In this document: positions 27,134-36,984 of the stretch, one piece after another
Layout of the letters: every line of letters begins with the position of its first letter
Numbering within the stretch: the stretch's first letter is position 1
Assembly: GCA_019057385.1 (NCBI GenBank)
Contig: JAHQJS010000004.1
Location: 160,001-224,000, forward strand
Length of the DNA stretch: 64,000 bases
From: Candidatus Borrarchaeum weybense
GTDB taxonomy: Archaea > Asgardarchaeota > Sifarchaeia > Borrarchaeales > Borrarchaeaceae
Direction: 5' to 3'
Made by a program: the position numbers and the translations under genes
The notes under the pieces: model-generated
The model's database searches: none
What the model saw: only the letters and a program-made list of their open reading frames with translations
What the model was told of the DNA's origin: nothing

Positions 27134-27481
27134 TTGCTTATGGGAAAAGTGGAACGGCTCGCTAAAAAACTAAAAAATTATTTAGCAACTGATGAAAATA
27201 TTCTTTATGTTGCAGATACCTCTCCTTTTAAGGATGCAGTATATCCACCACAACTTATCGTAACAACGCAGAGGCTTATTTTTCGTATTCCTAAGGCGAT
27301 CGGTCAACAGCTTGAGGATTACCCCTATGAGTCAATAGTTAATCTCCAGATCGACGAGGGATTAATGTTTTCAAATATCATCATTAAAGCACCGGGTGTC
27401 GAAAGACTTGTCGAAGGACTTTCGAAGAAAGAAGCACAAGAAGTCATGAAATATGCAAGAGAGGCGCAAAAAAGCCAGTAA
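27134..27481 (+). CDS. Bacterial-type PH domain protein
   Basis: LIVTTQRLIF...DYPYESIVNLQIDEGLMFSNIII and a C-terminal helix. Confidence 0.75.
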   Translation: MLMGKVERLAKKLKNYLATDENILYVADTSPFKDAVYPPQLIVTTQRLIFRIPKAIGQQLEDYPYESIVNLQIDEGLMFSNIIIKAPGVERLVEGLSKKEAQEVMKYAREAQKSQ

Positions 27482-27605
27482 TTATGATTGATTACATTAA
27501 AAATAAATCGTTATAACCTTTTGATTTTTTCATTTTAGTACTAAAAATTCGTGAATAGTAGTTTAAATCAGCCTTATAAGCTATGTAACTGTTACTACAA
27601 TTTCT

Positions 27606-28706
27606 TTGAGTGTGAATACAATGGAAGAATGGAAAAGCGAAAATCCCCCTGCACTCACGTTTGATAAATTCATAAGAACGGCTAGATTACTGAGCCCCAT
27701 GAAGGATTTCGAACTAGATGAACAAGAAATAGAATTCCGAAAGCATCCTTTATTAGATTACTGGTGTCGAATAAATTTAGGTAGGAGTCTGCGCGTTAAG
27801 CAAGCACATGCACCTTCAGATTATGATGACACCATTCAAGAAGTAATTAAAAGGACACATGAAAAATGTTTCTTCTGTCCTGAGAATCTAGAAACGACGA
27901 CGCCAAAATTCCCCCCAGAAGTTGCACCTGAAGGACGCTTAAGAAAAGGAAAGTTTGTTCTTCTACCAAATTTATTCCCGTTTGCAGAACATCATGCAGT
28001 CGGAGTTTTATCGGAAGACCATTTTCTTGGGTTAAACGAAATTACAAAAGAACTGCTTGAAGACAGTTTCAAGGTCAGTGTAGCTTATTTTGACCGTATT
28101 TTCAAATTGAATAACGAAATGAAATTCTGTTCAATAAATATGAATTATATGCCACCCGCTGGTGCTTCTATCGTGCACCCACATGTACAGATCACAAGCG
28201 ATATAAAAGGGTCTGGAAAACTGCTTGAAATCCTTTATAAAAGCAAAGAATATCATAAAGCGCATGGTACAAACTACTGGATAGATTTAGTAGGAACTGA
28301 GAAGTGGTTAAAAGAACGATTTATAGGTACAAGCGGAGCAGTTTCATGGTTGACGAATTATGCGCCAATGGGAAAGAATGAAGTAATTGGCATTGTAACG
28401 CGTCCTATATCTCATTTTCGTGCATTTGATGAAACTTTAATTAGCGATTTTTCAGAAGGACTTTCAAAGATCTTTACAGGGCTATGGGAGAAACGACATG
28501 TTCGCAGTCTTAACCTTACAATATATTCTGGTCCTATTGATGTTGATGTAAGCGAATATTTTCGTGTTCATGTAAAACTGATTTCTAGACCAGTTTTAAG
28601 ACCATTTTATACTGGAGATACAGCTTTTATGGAAAACTTCTATGCTGAGCCTATCATTGAAACAGCACCCGAAGATGTAGCAAGTGATTTGCACAGTATT
28701 TGGTGA
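27606..28706 (+). CDS. Galactose-1-phosphate uridylyltransferase-like (GalT/HIT) protein
   Basis: EFRKHPL, CFFCPEN, PNLFPF, GASIVHPHVQ (HxHxQ). Confidence 0.85.
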   Translation: MSVNTMEEWKSENPPALTFDKFIRTARLLSPMKDFELDEQEIEFRKHPLLDYWCRINLGRSLRVKQAHAPSDYDDTIQEVIKRTHEKCFFCPENLETTTPKFPPEVAPEGRLRKGKFVLLPNLFPFAEHHAVGVLSEDHFLGLNEITKELLEDSFKVSVAYFDRIFKLNNEMKFCSINMNYMPPAGASIVHPHVQITSDIKGSGKLLEILYKSKEYHKAHGTNYWIDLVGTEKWLKERFIGTSGAVSWLTNYAPMGKNEVIGIVTRPISHFRAFDETLISDFSEGLSKIFTGLWEKRHVRSLNLTIYSGPIDVDVSEYFRVHVKLISRPVLRPFYTGDTAFMENFYAEPIIETAPEDVASDLHSIW

Positions 28707-29637
28707 CGATATGAATCAATCAGTTCTAAAATCTAAGTTTATTGGTGCTTTAATCGGCACTGCCATTGGTGATGCAATAGGTATGCCGTATGAAGGTTTG
28801 ACTCATCAAGAAGTCAATGCAACATGCACTCTACCGCTTGAGATGCAGGACGGAAGGTTACCTAAAGGCAGTTACACTGATGATACGGAATTAGCGATTG
28901 GTATCGCTGAATCACTTATCACAAACAAAGGACTCGTTGATAAAAATCACATACTTCAAAGATTTATTGAGAATTTTGATAGAAAACGAGGTTATGGTTT
29001 TGGAACAATATCAATCCTTCAAAAAAAGGCAAATGCCAAAACACTTTTCGGAACGGGTTCTTATGGAAACGGGGCTGCTATGCGTATAGCACCAATAAGT
29101 CTCGTTTATTATGATACTCCTACAAATCTTTATGAAGCAGTTGCCAAATGTAGCGAAATTACTCACGCGCATGTCTTAGGAATAGAAGGTGCTCAAATTC
29201 AAGCCCACGCAATCGCAATCGCACTTAGATCGATCCAATCGACACATTCACTAGATGCAACTGAATTCGTTAATGAAATAATGGGTATAGCAAAACAAGA
29301 TGTATACAAACAAAAACTTCACAAGATTTTAAATCTTTTAAATGAAAAAGGCGATCACCAGTTAGTTATTGACGAATTAGGTAATGGTGTCGAAGCATTT
29401 AACTCAGTTCCTTCAGCGGTTTACTCATTTCTATCGAATTTGAATAGTTTTGAGGATGCAGTAACATATGCAGTTTGTTTAGGTAAAGACACTGATACTA
29501 TTGCCGCGATGACAGGTGCAATTGCTGGTGCTTATTTAGGCGTTGAGGCGATACCAAGCGAATGGATTGATTGTTTAGAAAACAAGGACTTTATTAAAAA
29601 CCTAGCTGAACGAATATTTCACCTAAAGTCTACTTAA
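28684..29637 (+). CDS. ADP-ribosylglycohydrolase family protein
   Basis: GTAIGDAIG, YTDDT, SYGNGAAMRIAP, DTDTIAAMTGAIAGA. Likely start at ATG 28711. Confidence 0.92.
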   Translation: MICTVFGDDMNQSVLKSKFIGALIGTAIGDAIGMPYEGLTHQEVNATCTLPLEMQDGRLPKGSYTDDTELAIGIAESLITNKGLVDKNHILQRFIENFDRKRGYGFGTISILQKKANAKTLFGTGSYGNGAAMRIAPISLVYYDTPTNLYEAVAKCSEITHAHVLGIEGAQIQAHAIAIALRSIQSTHSLDATEFVNEIMGIAKQDVYKQKLHKILNLLNEKGDHQLVIDELGNGVEAFNSVPSAVYSFLSNLNSFEDAVTYAVCLGKDTDTIAAMTGAIAGAYLGVEAIPSEWIDCLENKDFIKNLAERIFHLKST

Positions 29638-29659
29638 ATACTACAAAAAAGAAATATGA

Positions 29660-29773
29660 AGCCCCGAGTGGGATTTGAACCCACGACCAACAGCTTACGA
29701 GGCTGCCGCTCTACCAACTGAGCTCTCACTTCTCCGATACGCTATACAGAGATACCGAGGCATGTACCGGGGC
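29660..29773 (-). tRNA. tRNA-Thr(CGT) interrupted by a 41-nt insertion at position 8/9 (or 9/10)
   Basis: GCCCCGGT [29765-29725] AGCTCAGTTGGTAGAGCGGCAGCCT-CGT-AAGCTGTTGGTCGTGGGTTCAAATCCCACTCGGGGCT gives a 73-nt cloverleaf with U73 after removal. Confidence 0.8.
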
Positions 29774-29873
29774 GTGATATATCTACGCTTCAAGTGAGTG
29801 TATTTTCTATTTTAAAATAAAAAAATTGTCATTGCAAAGAATCTGATGAAAAATAAAATGGAATGAATTTATG

Positions 29874-31109
29874 TTACAGGCAATAGCTGCTGTATATTTT
29901 ATTTTCGTTCATTGTTTGAGGTGCTTTCTTCTTCCTAGGGCGTTTATTATAACTATCTCGTTCGAACCTTAAGCGCTTAATCTTTGGTACTTCTAGTTTT
30001 TCTATAGGCAAATCATGAATCATTATTCTTTGAAATGAATCAAAGTCTCTCTCTGATAATAGCGAAATCGCCTCGCCTTCGGCTCCCGCTCTTGCTGTTC
30101 TTCCAATTCTATTTATATAGTCTTCTGGGTTTTGGGGGATATCATAGTTTACAATATGGCTGACATCGTCAATGTCTAGACCCCTACCCGCGACATCTGT
30201 TGCCACTAACACCTTAAATCTTCCAGCGTGAAAGTCTCTAATCACGCTGTTTCTTCTTGCTTGACTAAGTCCTCCGTGTAATGCTGAAACCTTTCCGGAG
30301 AGACCATTATTCTGTAGATTTTTGGTTATAAGGTCAACTTCACGTCTTGTATTGCAAAATACAATAGCTTTGTCTTTTCCTGTTTTTTTCAGAAGATGAA
30401 CTAGCAATGAAAACTTCTTTCGAAAATCTACTTCAAAATAGCTTTGTTTCAGTAGGGAATCACTCACATGTGTTTCTGTCTGAACGAACTCCAAATTATT
30501 TGAAAATCTGTTAGCTAATTTTAATATATCGTTTGATAACGTTGCGCCAAAAAAGAGCATTTGCTTTTCTTCTGGCAATGCACGAATCGCAGTTTCGACA
30601 TCTTCAATGAAACCCATGTCTAACATTCTATCAATTTCGTCTAAAACGAAGATTTTTATGTTACGTAAGTCTAGCGTTTCTCGCCTTATATGGTCAAGAG
30701 TTCTTCCAGGTGTTCCCACGACGATGTGAGCTTTCCTCAATTTTCTAATCTGGGGATCTAGAGAGACACCGCCATAGATACACGCAATATTTACTCGCAT
30801 AAATCTTGAAAACTTCACAAATTCTTCAGCAATTTGCTGAGCTAATTCTCTAGTTGGTGACAAAACCAAAACCTGAGGTTTGGTAATTCTTTCATCGATT
30901 TTTTCCAGTATTGGAACTGCAAATGCAGCGGTTTTACCAGAGCCAGTCTTTGATTGACCTATCACATCAAAACCCTTTTGAATTAGAGGGATCGTCTCTA
31001 TTTGAATTTCAGTTGGTTCTTCAAGCCCATAGATACTAAGGGCCTCTACAATTTTTTGTTCTATATTTAAATCGCTAAATTTCATAATAACAGCTCTAAT
31101 TATAATCAC
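29874..31109 (-). CDS. DEAD-box family RNA helicase with variant motifs (DEID, GAT, NRIGR)
   Basis: Q motif PTEIQ, KTGSGKT, PTRELA, GTPGR, LDEIDRML, RGLDI, YINRIGRTARAG. Confidence 0.93.
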   Translation of the reverse strand: MIIIRAVIMKFSDLNIEQKIVEALSIYGLEEPTEIQIETIPLIQKGFDVIGQSKTGSGKTAAFAVPILEKIDERITKPQVLVLSPTRELAQQIAEEFVKFSRFMRVNIACIYGGVSLDPQIRKLRKAHIVVGTPGRTLDHIRRETLDLRNIKIFVLDEIDRMLDMGFIEDVETAIRALPEEKQMLFFGATLSNDILKLANRFSNNLEFVQTETHVSDSLLKQSYFEVDFRKKFSLLVHLLKKTGKDKAIVFCNTRREVDLITKNLQNNGLSGKVSALHGGLSQARRNSVIRDFHAGRFKVLVATDVAGRGLDIDDVSHIVNYDIPQNPEDYINRIGRTARAGAEGEAISLLSERDFDSFQRIMIHDLPIEKLEVPKIKRLRFERDSYNKRPRKKKAPQTMNENKIYSSYCL

Positions 31110-31274
31110 ATTTAATTTCGTGATTTTTTATGGTAAGAAAAGCAGTCTTTTAAGAACTCGTTTGTCGGCTCTTTTGATAGCCTTTCTTCAATCTCTGAAA
31201 AGTAGGGTGTTTTTCCTAAAACTTTTCTTGAACATTTAAACCAAAGACGTTCTCTTTTAAAAAACTTTTCTTCA

Positions 31275-33509
31275 CTACAAGATTTTTTTTCCCTTAAAAT
31301 GAAGAATCAAGTCTTGAATTTTTCTTTGGAATAGGAACACGACACTTATAAGAATTCCAATTAGATACAGGAATAAGCCGGTATAAAATTGCTGGATTAC
31401 TGTCGAATCTGAAGCACCATCCCACTGAACTTCTATATTGCCATCTTTATAGTCATTAATACGATATATACTAATATCTGATTGCTTATAAACCTCCACG
31501 AATAAGTTTTTCCAATCATTGAATTTTTCTAATCCTTTTGTTGAATAAACCGCGTTTTCCATTCTACCAACATAGGCATATCCGATATCGTATTTTTGAA
31601 TGATTTCCTTAATTTGATTTTGATCTAAACTTGTATAAAATGCATCAACATCATTTATTCGGTCATTGACATCCATCTTATACTGGGACATGAACCTTGG
31701 ATTTGCAAAAACAATTTGTCTATCAGCGAAAACAGCGATTTCATAGAAATCATAATTACAAATGAATATTGCATCGTCTTCGGTATTTTCTTGTATCCAT
31801 TGCATCGCATTGATTTCATCACGCGACACATAGAAATCTGGAGTGGAATAGTAAATAGACATTATTACGGATAAAACCGAACTCAAAGCGAGCAATGATA
31901 TAATAGTAATCCCTATCGTACTTTTTGTGATGCGTGGAAAAGAATCAAATCGCGTTAGGCGTATCTGAATTTCCTGTATAAAAACAACAAATCCCTTGCC
32001 TGCTAGTATTCCTATTGGGACTAACATGAAGTCTATAAAACGTAAAATATCCCAACCTTGTCCATATGGATCTTGGATGAAAAGTAAATTTGCAACAATG
32101 AAGATTGAGATGATCCATGCGAATAAGAGTATATCAAAATCTTTCCGTTTTTTAAAACTGATAAACAGGCCAATTAAGGTGAAAATGCCCATTATTCCAA
32201 TTATTCGAGGTATATGGATCAAAGAAATCCATGTGTAAATCTGGAAGGGCTGAAGAATTATACTGGGCGAGAGCACCATCAGTGGTAGAAGTATAACTGA
32301 CCCAATTGCAACACTAATAATAAAGACAGTCAAAATAGCGATAAAGGGAAAAAGTTTGCTTTTACTGGTAGGACGTTGTAGCACAATCTTTGCAATAAAC
32401 AGGCCTCCCATGATGGTACAAACCGCGATAAATGTGAGTCCATGGGTCAGCACTAAATTACCCAGAAGAAACCCTGTGACGCCTAAGTATCTTATGTCAC
32501 GATATTTCAATGAAAATTGCAGAAAATACAGAAATGCAATCATAAGAATAAAACCTACTGATTGTGGTTGTGGAGTGAAAAAGTATTCTATTAATGGAAA
32601 GACATTCCCATGCCAATGCCCACCAAAGTATCCCCTATTAAGGACAATAAGCCCAATTGGATCATTCGTACTTGAACTAAATATAAGATCTCTAATAAAC
32701 CGAACCCAACCTAGTTCATTAGAAAGTGTACAGAAAAAAACTGCGGCAAGTGCAATTTTTTCATTTTGAAAGCCACGAAGGACGAAAAAGAAACATCCTA
32801 GAGCAAAAAGAAGGGTATGTATCGTTGGGAGGACACGGAAAAGTTGTAAAATAGGTATACCCGAAACAAGTGATGTTATAGCAAAATGCAGGTGATAAAA
32901 CCAGGTATAGACAACGATACTTGCTCCAGCAAAATATGGATTCCCAGGCGGAATCCCATGCATAATCTCTTCTGAAAGTGCAATATGCCAAAATACGTCT
33001 CGTCTGTGCCACGGGGTTTGAAATATATACCCACTATTAGATGGAGCACCAAGTAGTAGATGTGGTATTCCTACAAGAAGTAATAGAATTGAAATAAACA
33101 AGATAAGAAGAATTTTACTTGTCCAACTAAATACAAATTCTTCGTTGATCTCTTGATCTGTCTTATTTAATTTAGCAAATATGATACCCAGTATTGAGAG
33201 AATTGACAAACTTAATGTAATAGGGAGTACACTAAAAGAAAGTAAACCTACAAGAAACCCTACAGTACAAGAAACGGGGATACTCAAGATCATTGAAAAG
33301 GTAAATTTCTCTAGAAGATTTTGCCTTCTTCCCAGCAAAGATGCGTAGAGCGAATAGCCAGGAAAAAAGAGAACTAATGTGCTACCTAAAAAGGCACGGA
33401 GAATAGGAATATTTGCAGCAATTGAAATTATAGCAAGAATTATTGCTAGTATGTCCCAGTAATACAACAGTAAATGACGGGCATTATCTTTAAAAAAAGG
33501 CGGTACCAT
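31275..33509 (-). CDS. Polytopic membrane protein, GT-C-like (DUF1616-like N-terminus, DUF2298-like C-terminus)
   Basis: FFPGY, PPGNPYFAG, more than 15 TM segments, AMQWIQENT...YAYVG..E soluble tail. Confidence 0.7.
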   Translation of the reverse strand: MVPPFFKDNARHLLLYYWDILAIILAIISIAANIPILRAFLGSTLVLFFPGYSLYASLLGRRQNLLEKFTFSMILSIPVSCTVGFLVGLLSFSVLPITLSLSILSILGIIFAKLNKTDQEINEEFVFSWTSKILLILFISILLLLVGIPHLLLGAPSNSGYIFQTPWHRRDVFWHIALSEEIMHGIPPGNPYFAGASIVVYTWFYHLHFAITSLVSGIPILQLFRVLPTIHTLLFALGCFFFVLRGFQNEKIALAAVFFCTLSNELGWVRFIRDLIFSSSTNDPIGLIVLNRGYFGGHWHGNVFPLIEYFFTPQPQSVGFILMIAFLYFLQFSLKYRDIRYLGVTGFLLGNLVLTHGLTFIAVCTIMGGLFIAKIVLQRPTSKSKLFPFIAILTVFIISVAIGSVILLPLMVLSPSIILQPFQIYTWISLIHIPRIIGIMGIFTLIGLFISFKKRKDFDILLFAWIISIFIVANLLFIQDPYGQGWDILRFIDFMLVPIGILAGKGFVVFIQEIQIRLTRFDSFPRITKSTIGITIISLLALSSVLSVIMSIYYSTPDFYVSRDEINAMQWIQENTEDDAIFICNYDFYEIAVFADRQIVFANPRFMSQYKMDVNDRINDVDAFYTSLDQNQIKEIIQKYDIGYAYVGRMENAVYSTKGLEKFNDWKNLFVEVYKQSDISIYRINDYKDGNIEVQWDGASDSTVIQQFYTGLFLYLIGILISVVFLFQRKIQDLILHFKGKKIL

Positions 33510-33620
33510 TTTCGGAAAGTCACACCTGAATTCATTTATGGATGTAGTGAATGATTGTTAGTTCTTATAAATCGCAATGTTTGTTCTTTGGATAAATGAA
33601 TTATAAATGAGGTTAAGAAA

Positions 33621-34310
33621 GTGCAAAAACAGGGCAAAATCTCGGTGATCATCCCTACTAAGGATGAAGCAGAAAATATGATGCCGCTTGCCCTAGCACT
33701 TCACAAAGCGCTTCAGCAATTTGATTTTGATGTTATTATTATTGATGATAGCGCTTCCACTGTAACAGTTGAAACGGCAAAAAAGGCATACGATCATCTA
33801 GGTATACCTATTACTGTAAATCATCGTAAAAAATCTGGAAAGGGTTCTGCAATCAGAGATGGGTTTCGTTATGTCTCTTCTAGTGACTATATAGCAATTA
33901 TTGATGCAGACCTTCAATACCCACCTCGCAGAATTCCTGAGATGCTTAATTTATTGAATAAGAAAAATCTTGATATTGTAAATGCAAATCGAATACGACA
34001 GGATCCTCCATATCGTCGAATTCTTGGAATGTTTTTCAATCTTCTTCTCAGATTATTGTTTCACCTTCGATGGGACACACAGGCTGGCCTAAAAGTGATG
34101 CGAAGAGAAGTCACAGAGAGTATCGATTATGTTACGGATGGCTGGGCCTGGGATGTTGAATTCTTGGTTAGAGCCGTACAAAAAGGATATTCAATTGATG
34201 AATACCCGGTTGAATTCCTCCAACGCAAAAAAGGAAAAACAAAAATCAACCCACTGACAAGCACACTTTCTATGTTTTTTGCACTCCTTAAAATCCGACA
34301 AATATTGTGA
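33621..34310 (+). CDS. GT2 glycosyltransferase (dolichol-phosphate sugar synthase-like)
   Basis: SVIIPTKDE, IIDDS, GKGSAI, IDADLQYPP, DTQAGLK, WDVEFL. Confidence 0.9.
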   Translation: MQKQGKISVIIPTKDEAENMMPLALALHKALQQFDFDVIIIDDSASTVTVETAKKAYDHLGIPITVNHRKKSGKGSAIRDGFRYVSSSDYIAIIDADLQYPPRRIPEMLNLLNKKNLDIVNANRIRQDPPYRRILGMFFNLLLRLLFHLRWDTQAGLKVMRREVTESIDYVTDGWAWDVEFLVRAVQKGYSIDEYPVEFLQRKKGKTKINPLTSTLSMFFALLKIRQIL

Positions 34311-34441
34311 ACTCGTCTAATCTAGACTAATTTTTGGTTTGAAATCATCATTGATTATTTTGCGTGAGATCGATATCTGACTCAGATGATACCAAAGTAA
34401 AAGAGGTTTCTATCCAAAAAGACTATGCAAGGGTGTGAAAG

Positions 34442-35968
34442 ATGACAATCTACATGGAAGAGCGATTAGAGCACATATTATGTAAATTTTGCAATAAGCC
34501 GACAGCAATGCATGTTTGTTTGGAATGTTATTCGCTTTTTTGCGAGAGTTGTGCTCATATGGAAGTAAGCAACTATTATTTCTGTAGCATATGCTTTTCG
34601 AGTGACATTCGTAAACTGAGAAGGATCAATAAAGACATAACTAAATTGTTTTGTGGGAACTGCGGATCATCAAAGATCAAAGAAGGGAAACAAAAATTAC
34701 AATTATGTCCTGCATGTGAGTCAAGAAACTTTGAACATATTTATACACACCAACGCAACCTATTCATGAAGTATCGTGAATTCTGTGAAAAATTGAATCA
34801 TGCATTAGAGGAGTCCCAGAGATTTGTAAAAAGTCTGGGAGAATATAGAGACCTTATATTGAAGTTACGCAGTCAGGGTTATTTTACATTCCCCTTTCTT
34901 GAAAAAAACCTTCTTGAAGCATATTCTTCCTTTGGCAATATAGAAACGCAACTTATTGAGCGAGAAAGTCTATATTTAAGTTTTTTAAGACGATATATGA
35001 TGGATTTCTTGAATAAGAAGCAAATTCTCCCCTTTCTATTCAAGAATTATAAGGAAAAACTAGAAAGAATTGATGAAGCATGTACAGTCTACAAAACTAG
35101 CGTTGATAAATTATTTGAAGGTTTTGAGAACTCATTTGGAGAAATTGAAAGCACATTAAAGTCTCTAGAAGAGAATAAAGAGCAATTTGAAGAGCGGAAA
35201 GAGGTGCTTAGTTTAGGACTGAAAGAAAAGCCAATATGTAATCTTCCTGACATTACTTGTAAATTAAATAGATCGTCTTTTCCAGTAAAAACAGGTCGTG
35301 GACATCTTTTCTTTACGAATTATCGCCTGGTTTTTATTGCAAACAAAGGATTAGTGTCCAAAAATTCAGTAAAATTATTTGAACTACCTATTTCAAAAAT
35401 CGTTGGTTGTTCAATACGTAAAAGAAAATTTTCTAAAAAACTTCTTCTCAAAACAACGAAAGGCTTAATCAGCTTTTCTGGGGACATGAATACTTTGAAA
35501 GAATTTGTACAACATATCAAATGTATGAAAGAATGGGAGCAAAATTGTGTTAAAGAAGATGTCATAGAGGAGTTAAAGCGCTGTACGATCACTTTATCTG
35601 AAATCAAACGCAAAACGGATAGGGATATTCAAGAATTGCTGGAAAATAAGCACACAAAGATGTTCGATGTCTCACTAAGACCAAGACTAAGATTTCGTGA
35701 TAAAATCTATGGAACGATAAGTCCTTTAGGTCCTATAGGTCCTAATATACGGCCCCGTGTAGGACCTGTACCCTCTCATTTGGCAGAAGAGATCGAACGA
35801 TTAAAACGTGAAATACATTCAATAGAGAAGACCATCGAACTACTGGACGCAAAATTCAAATCAGGAGGAATCCCTAAGGAATATTATCTACAAAAATATC
35901 GCACATTAACTGCAGAATTATATCAGCTTAAAACACAACTCGATGAGCTGAGCGGTGTAAAACGGTAA
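34442..35968 (+). CDS. Multi-Zn-finger / coiled-coil / PH(GRAM/GLUE-like) / steadiness-box protein (ESCRT-I-like)
   Basis: Six CxxC pairs at the N-terminus; coiled coil; GHLFFTNYRLVF PH/GRAM pattern; Pro-rich linker; C-terminal SIEKTIELLDAKFKSGGIPKEYYLQKYRTLTAELYQLK resembles the Vps23/TSG101 steadiness box. Confidence 0.65.
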   Translation: MTIYMEERLEHILCKFCNKPTAMHVCLECYSLFCESCAHMEVSNYYFCSICFSSDIRKLRRINKDITKLFCGNCGSSKIKEGKQKLQLCPACESRNFEHIYTHQRNLFMKYREFCEKLNHALEESQRFVKSLGEYRDLILKLRSQGYFTFPFLEKNLLEAYSSFGNIETQLIERESLYLSFLRRYMMDFLNKKQILPFLFKNYKEKLERIDEACTVYKTSVDKLFEGFENSFGEIESTLKSLEENKEQFEERKEVLSLGLKEKPICNLPDITCKLNRSSFPVKTGRGHLFFTNYRLVFIANKGLVSKNSVKLFELPISKIVGCSIRKRKFSKKLLLKTTKGLISFSGDMNTLKEFVQHIKCMKEWEQNCVKEDVIEELKRCTITLSEIKRKTDRDIQELLENKHTKMFDVSLRPRLRFRDKIYGTISPLGPIGPNIRPRVGPVPSHLAEEIERLKREIHSIEKTIELLDAKFKSGGIPKEYYLQKYRTLTAELYQLKTQLDELSGVKR

Positions 35969-36060
35969 AAACATCTAACCTTACCTTAGAAACTGTTTTT
36001 CCCTTTTTTCTTATAAAATAAGAAATTTAAAAGAAAGCATACTACATTCTATGCTTGTGT

Positions 36061-36729
36061 TTATCCACCAAGTTCGCGTTCCAATTCCTTTCGCAGTTTT
36101 TCAAGTTCTTTTGTGTCTGTCTTTTTCTTTTCTGGCTTTTCGGTTTCACGGACTGGTTCTGTATCAATCGGGGGTGTGATATCAGGCAGTTCCGTTTCTG
36201 ATTCAATGGAAAGTTCGCCCATGAGTGCTTCCATTTCCGCATCAAGTCCGGATTCTTCTTCAAAGTCTAATTCGCTTTCTGCGAAACTTGTATCACCTAG
36301 GATCTCATCAGTCATTGAGATGCGTTCTATTCCTTCCTGACTGCGAAGCATAGTTTTCTCTATCCTCTCGGGTGAGGCTGCCTTAAGCGCATCTTGTATG
36401 GCAACATCAGCCTCTTCCATTGCATTTGCAACATCGATGTTAGAACCCGCTGTCTCAAGGGCAGAAATGGTTCGTTGCAGGTTGAAGACTTTATTGTAAG
36501 TTGTGTTCATCTGTTTTAGATAGAGTTGACGACGCATAAGGGCTTGTTTGGCTGCAACTTTGTTTCCTGCTTTCAAGAACTCTTTCGCCATAACTCTTTG
36601 TTCGTCAGATTGACGTTTATACTTGACAGCTGTCACATTTAGTTTATTTATCGTACGACGAAGGACCGCTACGGTTTTTTGAGGGGTAACCTTTTTTTTC
36701 CCAAACAGTTTTTCTAAGAACTTTGGCAA
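36061..36729 (-). CDS. ESCRT-III Snf7-family protein (Vps20/32/60-like)
   Basis: Amphipathic MPKFLEKLFGKKK, KVAAKQALMRRQLY helix, acidic C-terminus with Pro-rich and terminal Leu-rich MIM-like segments. Confidence 0.85.
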   Translation of the reverse strand: MPKFLEKLFGKKKVTPQKTVAVLRRTINKLNVTAVKYKRQSDEQRVMAKEFLKAGNKVAAKQALMRRQLYLKQMNTTYNKVFNLQRTISALETAGSNIDVANAMEEADVAIQDALKAASPERIEKTMLRSQEGIERISMTDEILGDTSFAESELDFEEESGLDAEMEALMGELSIESETELPDITPPIDTEPVRETEKPEKKKTDTKELEKLRKELERELGG

Positions 36730-36984
36730 TCAATTCACCTCATCTAGACGACGAAGTACGAGACAAAAAATTACTCTTTGATATCCCTCTATACTCATTA
36801 TTGATTGTACCTTCAAGTTATAAATCTCTTTTCTTATTTCGTGCGCGCACCCCCATCATTTACAGTTTTTATAATCAAATAGAGAAATAGCATCTCATCA
36901 ATTGCGTAACCTTCAGGGGTGCTTAAAAGAATTCTTTGAAAGAAAACTTCGATGAAAAACATTTGTTAAAGTAAAAGGATCAGA

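Noticed and set aside
34375-34387. Palindrome ATCTGA-C-TCAGAT upstream of the steadiness-box gene
   Set aside because: Single occurrence with no second copy noticed and no linked regulator; cannot be supported as an operator.
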